A stretch of 64,000 nt of DNA from Octopus vulgaris (lineage: Eukaryota). A program made the position numbers and the translations under genes. Where the stretch lies: the NCBI GenBank assembly GCA_951406725.2, contig OX597818.1:37572001-37636000 (forward strand), in the 5' to 3' direction. Numbering within the stretch: the first letter of the stretch is position 1; each line of letters begins with the position of its first letter. The notes beneath the pieces are model-generated. The model did not search any database. It was not told the origin of the DNA and saw only the letters and a list, made by a program, of their open reading frames with translations. This document shows, piece after piece, positions 52,945-64,000 of the stretch.

Positions 52945-53266
52945 CGCTGCTAAATTCATGTTCGAAATATATAGTTTTCGAAGTAACATACAGTCACTAA
53001 TCTAATAAAATAGAAAATTGTTATTCATAAGTCTCTCAACGAGAGACACTCCGTAACAGAACTCTAGAGAGAAGATTATTTGCCAACATAACGTGGCAGT
53101 CCTGTTTAGGACGAATGCTACTGCTATTTAACCCCAGGAAACATTGTCTCAAGCTGTCTATACGATACACTACCTGTGTCCTTATATTTTCGAACAAGGG
53201 AGTTTAGCATCCCCCATTCAGTGACTGTATGTTTCGAAGAAGAATTTAGCAGCGTCACCTTTAGCC

Positions 53267-53329
53267 AAACAGTTATTCTGTGCTGATGAAGAGAAATAAC
53301 CCAGAAATCGCGATACACAGATATTGTTT
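53267..53329 (+). ncRNA. Minimal type I hammerhead ribozyme motif, weak stem II
   Basis: tCTGTG-CTGATGA-agagaaataaccca-GAAA-T(cgcg)A-TA/CACAGa. Extended stem I (aaaca/tgttt), palindromic stem III and AUA triplet. Confidence 0.65.
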
Positions 53330-54539
53330 AGTGGTGAGTGGGGATGCTAAACGTTTATCTACGTTTCCGTAGTGGGGTTGTTTACTTCGACTAAAATTCT
53401 TCAGGGTAGTGCTCCAGCGTGGCCGCTGTACACACACACACACACACACACACTCACACACACACGTCTTCCTCTGCAGCATTGCAAATGTTATTGTTTT
53501 TCACTCTTTCATCGATTCAACAGACGTCGTCCGCTTTTACAAACTAATTGGATCGCTGTATTTCTTTCAAAACTGTATTACATTGAAATTTAGTATGAAT
53601 ATCTAAGAATCCCATGCAAAAAACTTTTTGAATAATTTATGTTTCATCTACAGATTTTAAAATATTAGTTTCCGATGAGCCCTACAATAAGATGAAAGCA
53701 TAGCCTTTTTGTTAAAAGAAATGAAATTGTAATAAATAAATATATTGCTCTTCAGTTGTCTTAAAATTTTGTAAATGAGTCCTCTTTAGATTTTGGTCTT
53801 GAACTTTACGTGCGTTTTTAGTGGCAGTGACCCTCTCAATTTACAGCGACAGCAGCAACGAAAGCAACATACCCATATATATATATATGCATGCATCGTT
53901 TTTAAGTATGGGTGTGAAATTGTGAGTGCGTGTAGGTATCACATACACACATACATATACAAAATACATTAACATACATATACACACATATGTATACATA
54001 CACGCGCATGCAGACACACATACACATATGAACTATAATAACTGACAGTTATAAGTTTCACTGTACCGCCTAATTCAAACTACAATTTGAAAGGGTAAAA
54101 TTTTAGCTGATAAGAGGGAGAAGAATGGCACAGGCTGCTAAATGAGTTTAAGAGTGGTTTTCTAAGGGTGATAAAGATATGGCAGCATGGTAGATAGGGA
54201 AAGGTTACACTGGTTTAGAAAACAGAATCAAATCTGAAAGGAGATATTTTTAAAGTATTGCATTTATGTGTATACATAAATGTGTAAGTGTGTGTGTGTT
54301 TGTGGTGTGAGTAAGTGTATTTCAATTTCAGAGTCGTATAATTGGAAAGGAAATTATTTTTCAGAAACATAAATACATGACAGATATTAACACTTTGAGA
54401 GTTATAGTTCATATTTATGTGATATTAATATTTATATAAAGTTTTTTAAAAGCAAAATGAAAAACACAAAAAAAAAAAAAGAAATCGAGGAAAATGTTTT
54501 GGAAATTCAGAAGTGGAGTAAAAAATTTTTTAAAGTTTG

Positions 54540-54604
<65 letters not shown>

Positions 54605-54664
54605 CATACATACGCAAGCATATACATACTTACAAACATACACATGTATATATATGTATGTATG

Positions 54665-54800
54665 TACTCTTGTAGATGAACTGGGGCTTTCTGAAAAAGA
54701 AATGAACCAGCTAATACGCACAATACACACACAAAAACAGTCTTTAAACGGAACAGTAAAGGTATGCAAGCCTTTTCTGAAGTTTATAATGTGAATTTAT
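54665..54800 (+). mobile_element. R4/Dong-like LINE, extreme 3' ORF fragment
   Basis: ELGLSEKEMNQLIRT...SLNGTVKVCKPFLKFIM*, similar to the 56140-56230 translation. Confidence 0.7.
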
Positions 54801-55196
54801 TTTTCATCTTCATACGTGATAGCTGCAACGAGATTTCGAACTATCAAGTGAATGTCCCCTTAAACATGAGGTGCTCTGATGTGGGTTTTTCAATCCTGCT
54901 ATTCACTGATACAGTATTACATAAATGTGACAACGATAGGCGCCTCTTGCAGCAAATATTCAGTGATATTTTTAAAGTGTTGCATTTATGTGTATGCATA
55001 AATGTGTGACACATACCTTCATTCCATCATGGAATTTTTCATTGAGTGCTATACTTCTTACGGCTATGGCCAGCCATAGAATACAACACGTGATAGAGAT
55101 GTTGAAAAGCATTCATTCATAAGTATGTACATATGTATATCTGTACACACACACACACACATACGCACGCATACATACATTACATACATTACAAAC

Positions 55197-56325
55197 CAAA
55201 AGCAGATTGCTCCAAGATACCTAATAAATAGAGGAGACAGTAAATCCATTAGAGTTCCAAGATGCGACTGAAAATGTAGATTGTGTCATATTTCTGTGGA
55301 AGATATTATCCATGTGATTAGCAGGTAACCAAAACTGTCATCAGGTAATTATCTCTCTATGTGACACGACGTTGTCGCAGAAACAATACACAACGTCAGT
55401 CGGAAAAAGACTGTCCTGCAATAAAAATAGAATATCCCCACCCTGTTATTGAATGCATTCACAAGCATCAACACAAGGAATACTGGTAGAACATTCCTAT
55501 CAAAACATCTGTCAAGCATAAACATAAAAAAACCGGGTATTGTTGTTTGGAACAGAAAAGGAAAAATATGTGCTGTCAGAGAAGTCAGCTGCCCTGCAGA
55601 TGTGAATATCTCTTTGAAAATCAAAGAGAAAGTGGTTAAATCTGGACTGCTGTTTCGAAACCTCCAACATCTACATCCAGATTATAAATTCACATTTATA
55701 CCAATAGTAGCAGTATCGCCCGGCGTTGCTCGGGTTTATTTTCTTTTCGACCCTCTAGAATTGGAATTTTTGAAAAGTTAAAATTTTGCCTTATGTAGTT
55801 TGTTATTCTCTTTAAGTCAACATTTTTCTGGTTAAAATACACTGAAAAATGGCGACACAGTAGTCAAAATATCGTAAAAAATAGGGATTTTCATAATAAA
55901 AAAAGCACCTTTTTGATGTAAATAATTTTTGGTATTAACATGGTCCGATTTGAATTATTTCTTCTACGGAAGGAAGAGCAAGCCTTCTTCTATCATACTC
56001 GCAATTTTGGTTAACTTGCGCCGCAGTCTCGGAGGAGATAGTGTTAGTTGAAGGCTACCAAACCTGCCACACACACACACACACACACACAGACAACTTC
56101 AGCTTTATATATAAAGATTAATTGGTCCGGCAATCTGGATAATCTAGGGTTTTTAGTAGTAGAACTCAATCAGCTGACTCGTACATTACAAATACCACCT
56201 GTAAGTGGAACAGTAAAAATATGCAAGACTAGACATTGTTTTTGTTATCTACTTTCCAGTGATGGAGCTTTGTATCTTTGCCTAAAGCTAGCTCCTTTCT
56301 CAGAGGAAGAATTTAAATAATCAAA
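55197..56325 (+). mobile_element. R4/Dong-like (restriction-like endonuclease) LINE 3' part, interrupted by a Helitron
   Basis: KCRLCHISVEDIIHVIS (CCHC remnant), *HDVVA (RHD motif), KPGIVVW...REVSCPADVN (PD..D/E), FIPI|LIG, GTVKICKT, then 3' UTR shared with 63730-63825. Confidence 0.85.
55707..56117 (-). mobile_element. Non-autonomous Helitron, 411 bp
   Basis: Minus strand 5' TCtttatatata...cccgagcaacgccggg hairpin...CTAC (CTAG in the other copy), inserted between A and T with no TSD. Confidence 0.88.
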
Positions 56326-56608
56326 AGCAGAAATGAATGAAAGAACGCGCACGCGCGCACTGAGAACTGCAAGTTTGTAGTTGTGGCTTAGGTAAGATGT
56401 TAATTAATGGAGGTGGTGGTAGTTCTTATTAGTATAAGGAGCTCCCGGCGAATAATTTATTTTTGTGAACTAAAATTAAAAATATTGTGTGAATTAATGC
56501 TGCACTTTAGTACATTTAATTGTTGCTGTCGGCAGTAAGACCACCTTGACAACCAACAGCAGCCACCACAAACAATAAATAAACATCATCACCGCCATAA
56601 GCACTACA

Positions 56609-57021
56609 TACTCTTTACTCTCTTTTACTCTTTTACTTGTTTCAGTCATTTGACTGTGGCCATGCTGGAGCACCACCTTTAGTCGTGCAAATCGATCCCA
56701 GGACTTATTCTTTGTAAGGCTAGTACTTATTCTATCGGTCTCTTTTGCCGAACCGCTAAGTAACGGGGACGCAAACACACCAGCATCGGTTGCCAAGCGA
56801 TGTTGGGAGGACAAACATAGACACACAAATATATATACACACATACATATATATACATATATACGACGGGCTTCTTTCAGTTTCCGTCTACCAAATCTAC
56901 TCACAAGGCTTTGGTCGGCCCGAGGCAATAGTAGAAGACACTTGCCCAAGGTGCCACGTAGTGGGACTGAACCCTGAACCATGTGGTTGGTAAGCAAGCT
57001 ACTTACCACACAGCCACTCCT
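56609..57021 (-). mobile_element. SINE family B, full length
   Basis: Family consensus features. Confidence 0.9.
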
Positions 57022-57457
57022 AATCAACATATCTTTTATTTTTCCCTTCATTTTCCTTTGTTTTTTTTTTCTTTTTTTGCTTTTCAGTTATTTCCCTTAG
57101 CATGACCTAGAAGTTAGGTAGTTACAAACGTACTAACTTATTAACATATAAATGTCCTTTGGGATTTATACATTCCATCTAAGCTATTTATATGAGTAAT
57201 TTGTAGGTGCAAAAGATTTGATATCTCCCCAGGTAATAAGTGGGATCAAGTGCTAAAGTTAAGAGTTACTCCAAAAGGGATATCCAGTTCAAGGATCTCC
57301 GGTGAAGATAAAGAATAAAGTATGGAGCAGTCTAGAGGAGAAGCACGCGTTTATATGCATTTCATTATAGGTTAATATTTACTGTAAAAGAAGTGAAGTT
57401 ATTTCGAGAGATAAGCATGTAACTAGTTAAGACTTTAGAATGGTTTATGTTTAGTGT

Positions 57458-57863
57458 GACGCAGGAATGGCTGTGTGGTAAGTAACTTGCTTACCAACCG
57501 CATGGTTCCGGGTTCAGTCCCACTGCGTGACACCTTGGGCAAGTGTCTTCTACTATAGCCTCGGGCCGACCAAAGCCTTGTGAGTGGATTTGGTAGACGG
57601 AAACTGAAAGAAGCCCGTCGTATATATGTATATGTATATATATACGTGTGTGTAAATGTTTGTGTGTCTGTGTTTGTCCCCCCTCCATCATCGCGTGACA
57701 ACCGATGCTGTAATTTAGTGGTTCGGCAAAAAGGGAGCGATAGAATAAGTACTAGGCTTACAAAGAATAAGTCCTGGGGTCGACTTCCTCGACTAAAGAC
57801 GGTGCTCCAGCATGGCCGCAGTCATATGACTGAAACAAGTTAAAGAGTAAAAGAGTAAAGAGT
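57458..57863 (+). mobile_element. SINE family B, full length with small internal deletion
   Basis: Family consensus features. Confidence 0.9.
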
Positions 57864-58310
57864 TGAATTAAGCGAAAGTTTTAAGCGAATTGAATAAATT
57901 ATGCTATAAATGAAACAAATGTTCCAAGGTACATTCATTGTTAAAAACCTGTGTAGAATGTAAGAAAGTGAATGCCTCCTGTTAATTTTAAAGAGTACTG
58001 AAGTGGAAGGGTGGTGTCTGGAAACCTAATAATAAAACAGCTTCATAAGATAGGAAATCACTAAATAGTCCGAAAACAGTAATTTCACCAGTTGAAATTA
58101 AGTGCTAAGTTAACTTGGTGCTAAGTTAAATTGCATGCGTTCTACCGCAGTATGTATTGCTACTCTGTGAATCAACTTGATCTGTGTAACGGTTTAAGGT
58201 TAGGGTTAGACTGCATGCTAAAGTGTAAATGATCAGGTAGACTATACGCTAAAATGGCACTTTTAACTCTGTGATCGTGAATTGATGGTTTAGAAGACTG
58301 TTTTGGTTTT

Positions 58311-58455
58311 AAATCACCACCACCTCCTGCCAGAGCCACGTGGTGCTTTAGGTTTTTCGCTCAATAAACACTTACAACACCCGGTCTAGGAATCGAAACC
58401 GGGATGCTATGACCGAGAGTCCGCTGCCCTAACCACTGAGCCATTGCGCCTCCAC
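58311..58455 (-). mobile_element. SINE family D, 5' part
   Basis: Matches 37300-37443. Confidence 0.8.
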
Positions 58456-59000
58456 GATAGATAGATAGATAGATAGATAGAGCTTTTGTTATAGATATAC
58501 ATGCACCGTATATGCATGTATGTAGTACGTATGTATGTATGTGTAACAGTATATATAGCACATATACACATATATTGAAGAAACAAACAGGAGCAATGAT
58601 ACTCATTACATACGTTTACAGGCCCAGTGTGTCGTGCTTTGCTCTTGCCAAATTTTGATAAGTGCGGCTGCACGAAACTGCTATGCATATAAATTACATA
58701 ATACTTAAATATATGTGTGTGTGTGTGTGTTATGTATGAATATGTGAACCAAAACGAGCTAATAATAATTCTTCGCCACCCGAAAGAACATATGTCTGCT
58801 ATGCAATGCAATAAATGTTGTCTTTCTTTACTGGTGGTCTGAAAAGATACACGCGTGCCTGTACTCAGTGTCAAACAGCATGCATTGCATTTAACAGCGT
58901 GGAGACACTTATAAGATAGTTTGCAAAAAGCTGCACCGGCTGGGCTAAAATGTCATCTTCCGTTTGGCAGTTGTAAAACAATTTAAACGGTCATACTCAA

Positions 59001-59230
59001 CCTTCCTTCCTTCCTTCCTTCCTTCCTTCCTTCCTTCCTTCCTTCCTTCCTTCCATCCATCCATCCATCCATCCATCCATCCATCCATCCATCCATCCAT
59101 CCATCCATCCATCCATCCATCCATCCATCCATCCATCCATCCATCCATCCATCCATCCATCCATCCATCCATCCATCCATCCATCCATCCATCCATCCAT
59201 CCATCCATCCATCCATCCATCCATCCATCC
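59001..59230. repeat. (TTCC)n(ATCC)n microsatellite
   Basis: Direct reading. Bracketed by a 36-37-bp direct repeat. Confidence 0.95.
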
Positions 59231-59334
59231 AGTTGAAAACAATTTAAACGGTCATACTTAACCTTGCTTCAATACCTCTATTCATCCCATCCATCCATCC
59301 ATCCATTCACACATACATACACACACATTCACAT

Positions 59335-59735
59335 ATCTTTTATCTTTTGTTTCCGTCATTAGATCGCTGTCATGCTGGGGCATCGCCTTGAAAAATTTTT
59401 AGTCGAATGAATCGACCCCACTACTTGTGTTTTTGTTTTTGCTTTTTCAGCCTGGTACTTATTCTACCGGTCTTTTCACCGAACCGCTAAGTTACGGGGA
59501 CGTAAATATACCAACAGCAGTTGTTAAGAAGTGGTGGAGCAAACACTGACTCAATAACGCGCGCGCACACACAAATACATACATATACGACGGGCTTCTT
59601 TCAGTTTCCGTCTACCAAATCCACACTCAAGGTTTTGGTCGGCCCGAGGGTATAATAGAAGACACCTGCCCAAAATGTCACGCAGTGGGACTGAACCCGG
59701 AACCATGTGGCTGGGAGGCAAACATCTTGCCACAT
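59335..59735 (-). mobile_element. SINE family B, diverged copy
   Basis: Family consensus features. Confidence 0.85.
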
Positions 59736-59933
59736 CGAGCTACCACACACTTTCTGTCTATTAAATTTACTCACAATGTATTGTTGGCACCTGCCCAAGG
59801 TGTCGCACAGAAGGCGGGGAAGGGAGCTAACTCGAAACCATGTGGCGATTTTGGAACAACAGCCTTAAAATCTCCCTCAATTTCCTACCCACTGTATCAT
59901 TTTAAAATTGAAAGGCCTCATTGCATAATGTAA

Positions 59934-60193
59934 TCTCTCTGTATATAAATTCAAATCGGACCATGTTAACACCAAAAATTATTTACATAAAAAAGGTGCT
60001 TTTTTTTTCTATGAAAATCCCTATTTTTTACGATTTTTTGTCTGTTGTGTCACCATTTTTCGGTGTATTTCAATCAAAAAAATATTCACTTAAAGAGAAT
60101 AACAAGCTACATAAGGTAAAATTTTTACTTTTTAAAAAATTCCAATTCTAAAGGGTCGAAACAAACCCGAGCAACGCCGGGCCATACTGCTAG
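59934..60193 (+). mobile_element. Non-autonomous Helitron, 260-bp deletion derivative
   Basis: a|TCtctctgtatataa...aaacccgagcaacgccgggccatactgCTAG|t. Homologous to 55707-56117. Confidence 0.9.
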
Positions 60194-60986
60194 TCATAAA
60201 TATATTATGAAAAAAGGAAGTACCAAATGTTGTGTTTCATCCAACCGGATACTCGAAGAAACAACAACAGGAACAATATCTTTATAGCTATGTTAAGCTA
60301 TACATAAGAATAATCAGAAACAAGAGTGTCGATGTATTGTTTATTTCGCTTCAATCAGATACGCAGTGAGGGCGAGTACGAGCGGCCATTGCAATCCCCA
60401 GACTCCTTTCCCACTTAACCGGAAGTTCCTTCTCTGCGGAGCAGCTCGCAAGCTAGCCCGTAGTGGAGGTCACTGTCTACAGTTCGTCTGTTATGAGTAC
60501 ATGGGAAGCGCTCTACATCTTCATCTGGAATAATATTTGTGGATCACACTTTGTCGTTCACGTGAATCTTATGTATGTCTAAATATGCTCATTCGAGAAC
60601 TGACGTGAGACTACACGTCAACAACAACAAAAACAAAATTCAAGGGATGGTCATAGTTGAACCACCCCGTGCTCACCGGCCTGCTTGATTTGGTCTAGTT
60701 TGACGCTGAACCACCACAACAGTGAACAACCATTGTGAGCTACGGAATTATTTTCATTTCCATCAGACGCACGCGCGAACAAGCACAAACTCACGTGCGA
60801 GCATTGCCAATCTATCGCTCGATTTTATTTTACCACTTTAGTTTAGGGGTAACTTCAGTAGTCCTCTCTGCAAACATTCGGGGCAGGTCTCTTGTCCGGG
60901 AAAAGCTTCCTGTCACCAATCACGGATGCCCTGAAAAGGTCATAGGCATTGCTATCCCTCCACTGAATAAACAAGAACAACAGCAA

Positions 60987-61391
60987 TAATAATCCTTTCT
61001 ACTAAAGGCACAAGGCCTGGGATTTTGGGGGACGGGACTAGTAGATTACATCGACCGCAATGTTTCATTGGTACTTAATCTATCGACTCTGAAAGGATGA
61101 AAGTCAAAGTCGACCTCGGCGGAATTTGAACTCAGAACGTAGCGGCAGACGAAATACCTATTTCTTTACTACCCACAAGGTGCTAAACACAGACAGGACA
61201 AACAAGGACAGACAAACGGATTAAGTCAATTATATATACCCCAGTGCGTAACTGGTACTTATTTAATCGACCCCGAAAGGATGAAAGGCAAAGTCGACAT
61301 CGGCGGAATTTGAACTCAGAACGTAACAGCAGACGAAATATCGCTAAGCATTTCGCCCGGCGTGCTAACGATTCTGCCAGCTCGCCGCCTT

Positions 61392-61392
<1 letters not shown>
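60987..61392 (-). mobile_element. SINE family A, dimeric copy with older-type tail
   Basis: Full head aaggcggcgagctggcagaatcgttagc, two units and a ccttgtgcctttagtagaaaggattatt tail. Confidence 0.9.
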
Positions 61393-61428
<36 letters not shown>

Positions 61429-62044
61429 ATAAATAAATAAATACATAAAGGAAATTACAATCTCTTGTGTGCCCTACTTACAACTAGATTTCTAGTTCCA
61501 GTGCAAATTGTGTGTCAAGGGCACACGAATATAAATACCAACGCTAAAATTGGGGACAATTAGTCAAATTTAATGCGGAATACCAGCTGCAGGACCGAGT
61601 GCAAAATAAATGAATAAATAAATAAAATATAAGTAGGGAGAATCGCCATTACCGAGGCAGTGTTTTATTGAAAATGTTATCTAAAGTATATTGCCCCACC
61701 CATCAAGAAGGCCGGGTCACTGCTAATAGAGTCGACTTTATTTTATTTTCTCCTCACCGACATACACTACAATTAATGCATCTCCCTTTTTCTCTCTCTC
61801 TCTCTCTATCTTTCTCCATCCTTCTTCTCTCTCACTCTCTCTGTCTTTCTCTCACCCTTCGTCTCTCTCTCTCTCACTGTCTTTCTCTCACCCTTCTTTT
61901 TCTATCTCTCTGTCTCTCTCTCCATTGCTCTCTTATTCACTAGCATCGCGCATCACAACTCTTTCCCATCATTTTTATCACCAGTATTATTACCATCGTT
62001 GCTCGGCAAAACTTTAATTTTATCGTTGCTACTCCTCCTTGCCT

Positions 62045-62049
62045 ACATC

Positions 62050-62081
<32 letters not shown>

Positions 62082-62089
62082 CCACAACA

Positions 62090-62130
<41 letters not shown>

Positions 62131-62180
62131 CATCACCACCACAAAAACCACCACCACCACCACCACCACCACCACTACTA

Positions 62181-62244
<64 letters not shown>

Positions 62245-62283
62245 TACCACTACTACTACTGCTGCTGAAGATGATGATGATGA

Positions 62284-62324
<41 letters not shown>

Positions 62325-62505
62325 ACACTGTTGTTACTGCAAACAATAACATAACTCTTTTGCAGTGAGCAACATCACCATCGTCATCATCATCATCATC
62401 ATCATCACCACCACCACTTTCCCTACTCCATCGATTTCTGGTTGTTATTTTTTTTTTACCAAAAAGGGCCACCACCACGACGACGACGACGACCACCACC
62501 ACCAC
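62045..62505. repeat. Compound trinucleotide array (CAC/CAA/TAC/GAT/CAT/GAC)
   Basis: Direct reading. It explains the poly-T/V/Y/H ORFs. Confidence 0.95.
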
Positions 62506-62847
62506 CCTCTACTCCCAAAACTAACGGTAACCCCAAATCCATCGCTAGTACCTCCACTATGCCAATTTCATCATCACCGTGAGCAGCACTACGATTTCTA
62601 GCGTTATCTTCGCCCTGACTAATTGTACCGGCTGTTAATGCCATTAACTTTACCAATATTCGCTTCTTATATTACATCTCTCCCACGATAACAATTTCCT
62701 GCAGGTTTATGGCCCACACCCAACAATCCACAACTTTAGCAATCCTTTATTCCATTAGCTTCACCACCATTACCGCCTCCGCTGCTACATTTTATCTAGC
62801 TGTTAGTGCCACTAATAATTAGCAATGCCCTAACCTCTCAATCCATG

Positions 62848-62917
62848 CATACATACATACATACATACATACATACATACATACATACATACATACATAC
62901 ATACATACATACATACA

Positions 62918-62946
<29 letters not shown>
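62848..62946. repeat. (CATA)n microsatellite
   Basis: Direct reading. Confidence 0.95.
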
Positions 62947-62949
<3 letters not shown>

Positions 62950-62951
<2 letters not shown>

Positions 62952-63160
62952 GTTAATCCAATAGTGAAAACACAAAGAGAAAACACAACAACGCGAGGAC
63001 GTGGAGCAAGAATAGTGTTATTGAACGCTCAGGAAAGGAAAGAAAGTAGGAGGATTTAACGTTTCGAGCGGAGCTCTTCGTCAGAAACTTAGAAAAAGGA
63101 AAGGTCCAAGGAAGGGAAGACGGAGGAAGAAAATCGCCAACGATACACACGCAGTCACAT
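62950..63160 (-). mobile_element. Penelope-like short repeat with hammerhead-like motif
   Basis: Minus strand gttt-CTGACGA-a-GAGC(tcc)GCTC-GAAA-cgtt-aaat at 63054-63088. Confidence 0.72.
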
Positions 63161-63279
63161 ACATATATACAGAGTACATACATACATGCATACATACATA
63201 GTACATACATACATACATGCATACATACATACATACATACATACATACATACATACATACATACATACATACATAAATC

Positions 63280-63404
63280 GGCGTAGGAGTGGCTGTGTGG
63301 TAAGAAACTTGCGCGGCACCTTGGGCAAGTGTCTTCTACTATAGCCTCGGGCTGACCAAAGCCTTGTGAATGGATTTGATAGACGAAAACTGAAAGAAGC
63401 CCGT

Positions 63405-63406
<2 letters not shown>
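63280..63406 (+). mobile_element. SINE family B, 5' part with deletion
   Basis: ggcgtaggagtggctgtgtggtaag...gaaagaagcccgtc. Confidence 0.85.
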
Positions 63407-63469
<63 letters not shown>

Positions 63470-63489
63470 GTGGGGTATTTGTGTGTCTG

Positions 63490-63582
63490 TGCACCGTTTC
63501 TCTTCTTTATCCCAAATCATTATATCAGGTCTGTTGTGTTTACATTTTATTGAGGCTTTCACTGGGACATTCCACCAATAGT
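63490..63582 (-). mobile_element. R4/Dong-like LINE endonuclease fragment
   Basis: [30 protein letters not shown] (RPD motif). Confidence 0.8.
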
Positions 63583-63729
63583 ATGTATGCATGTATGTAT
63601 GTATGTATGTATGTATGTATGGATGGATGGATGGATGGATGGATGGATGGATGGATGGATGGATGGATGGATGGATGGATGGATGGATGGACGGACGGAC
63701 GGACGGACGGACGGATGTTCTTTTCTGTT

Positions 63730-63875
63730 ATTAATTATTTGAAATCTTGTAAGAGAGGAATTGGTTTCGAACAGAGATTTCAAAGCGCCATCTTTGGAAT
63801 ATAGATAACAAGAACAATGTCACATTTTGCATATTTTTGCTGTTCTACCGAAAGATAATGCTTGTAATGTTAGGT
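63730..63875 (-). mobile_element. R4/Dong-like LINE 3' end and UTR
   Basis: TLQALSFGRTAKICK, then gacattgttcttgttatc...gatggcgctttg, matching 56232-56275. Confidence 0.7.
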
Positions 63876-64000
63876 GTGGGGGGAGGGGTTGCTTGGGTTT
63901 TTTTTTTTGTCTTTTCTCTCCTCTAAAAAATCCACAATTTTCCAAATTGTCATTTGGGGATTTACTCACAAAACCAAATGCGCTGTTATTGATATAAACG

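Noticed and set aside
53670-53705. Third hammerhead-like motif ccgatga...gaaa
   Set aside because: Core altered (CCGA) and stems I and III could not be formed convincingly.
56494-57051. 185-aa ORF and similar recurrent ORFs (YDGLLSVSVYQIHSQGFGRP, RPRKDERQSRPRRNLNSE)
   Set aside because: They are translations of SINE families A and B, not genes.
58945-59242. MDGW-repeat ORFs
   Set aside because: (GGAT)n/(GGAA)n microsatellite.
62029-62368. Mucin-like poly-Thr ORF
   Set aside because: Compound trinucleotide microsatellite with no splice or domain context.

Overview
AT-rich, microsatellite-dense eukaryotic DNA with no recognisable host protein-coding gene, rRNA, tRNA gene or CRISPR array. Almost every listed ORF is a simple-repeat artefact or a transposon remnant. 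The repeat repertoire suggests an octopus (coleoid cephalopod) intronic or intergenic region; this is an inference from recalled repeat families, not a search. Contents: (i) four tRNA-derived SINE families, here called A-D, about 30 copies; (ii) LINE remnants: a 2.4 kb CR1/L2-group copy, RTE-type pieces, four R4/Dong-like restriction-endonuclease pieces and a gag-like zinc-knuckle ORF; (iii) DNA transposon remnants: a hAT transposase, a Tc1 transposase with DD37E spacing, three 28-bp-TIR MITEs with 8-bp TSDs and internal TTAGGG repeats, hAT and pogo-like MITEs, two long foldbacks, and two canonical TC...CTAG Helitrons; (iv) several minimal type I hammerhead ribozyme motifs, two with intact cores about 550 bp apart at 52.7 and 53.3 kb. 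The most notable signals are these hammerheads, templated or snap-back insertions at element junctions, and a cleanly reconstructable Helitron insertion in an R4-like LINE. Everything was read by eye, so ends of degenerate repeats are approximate.
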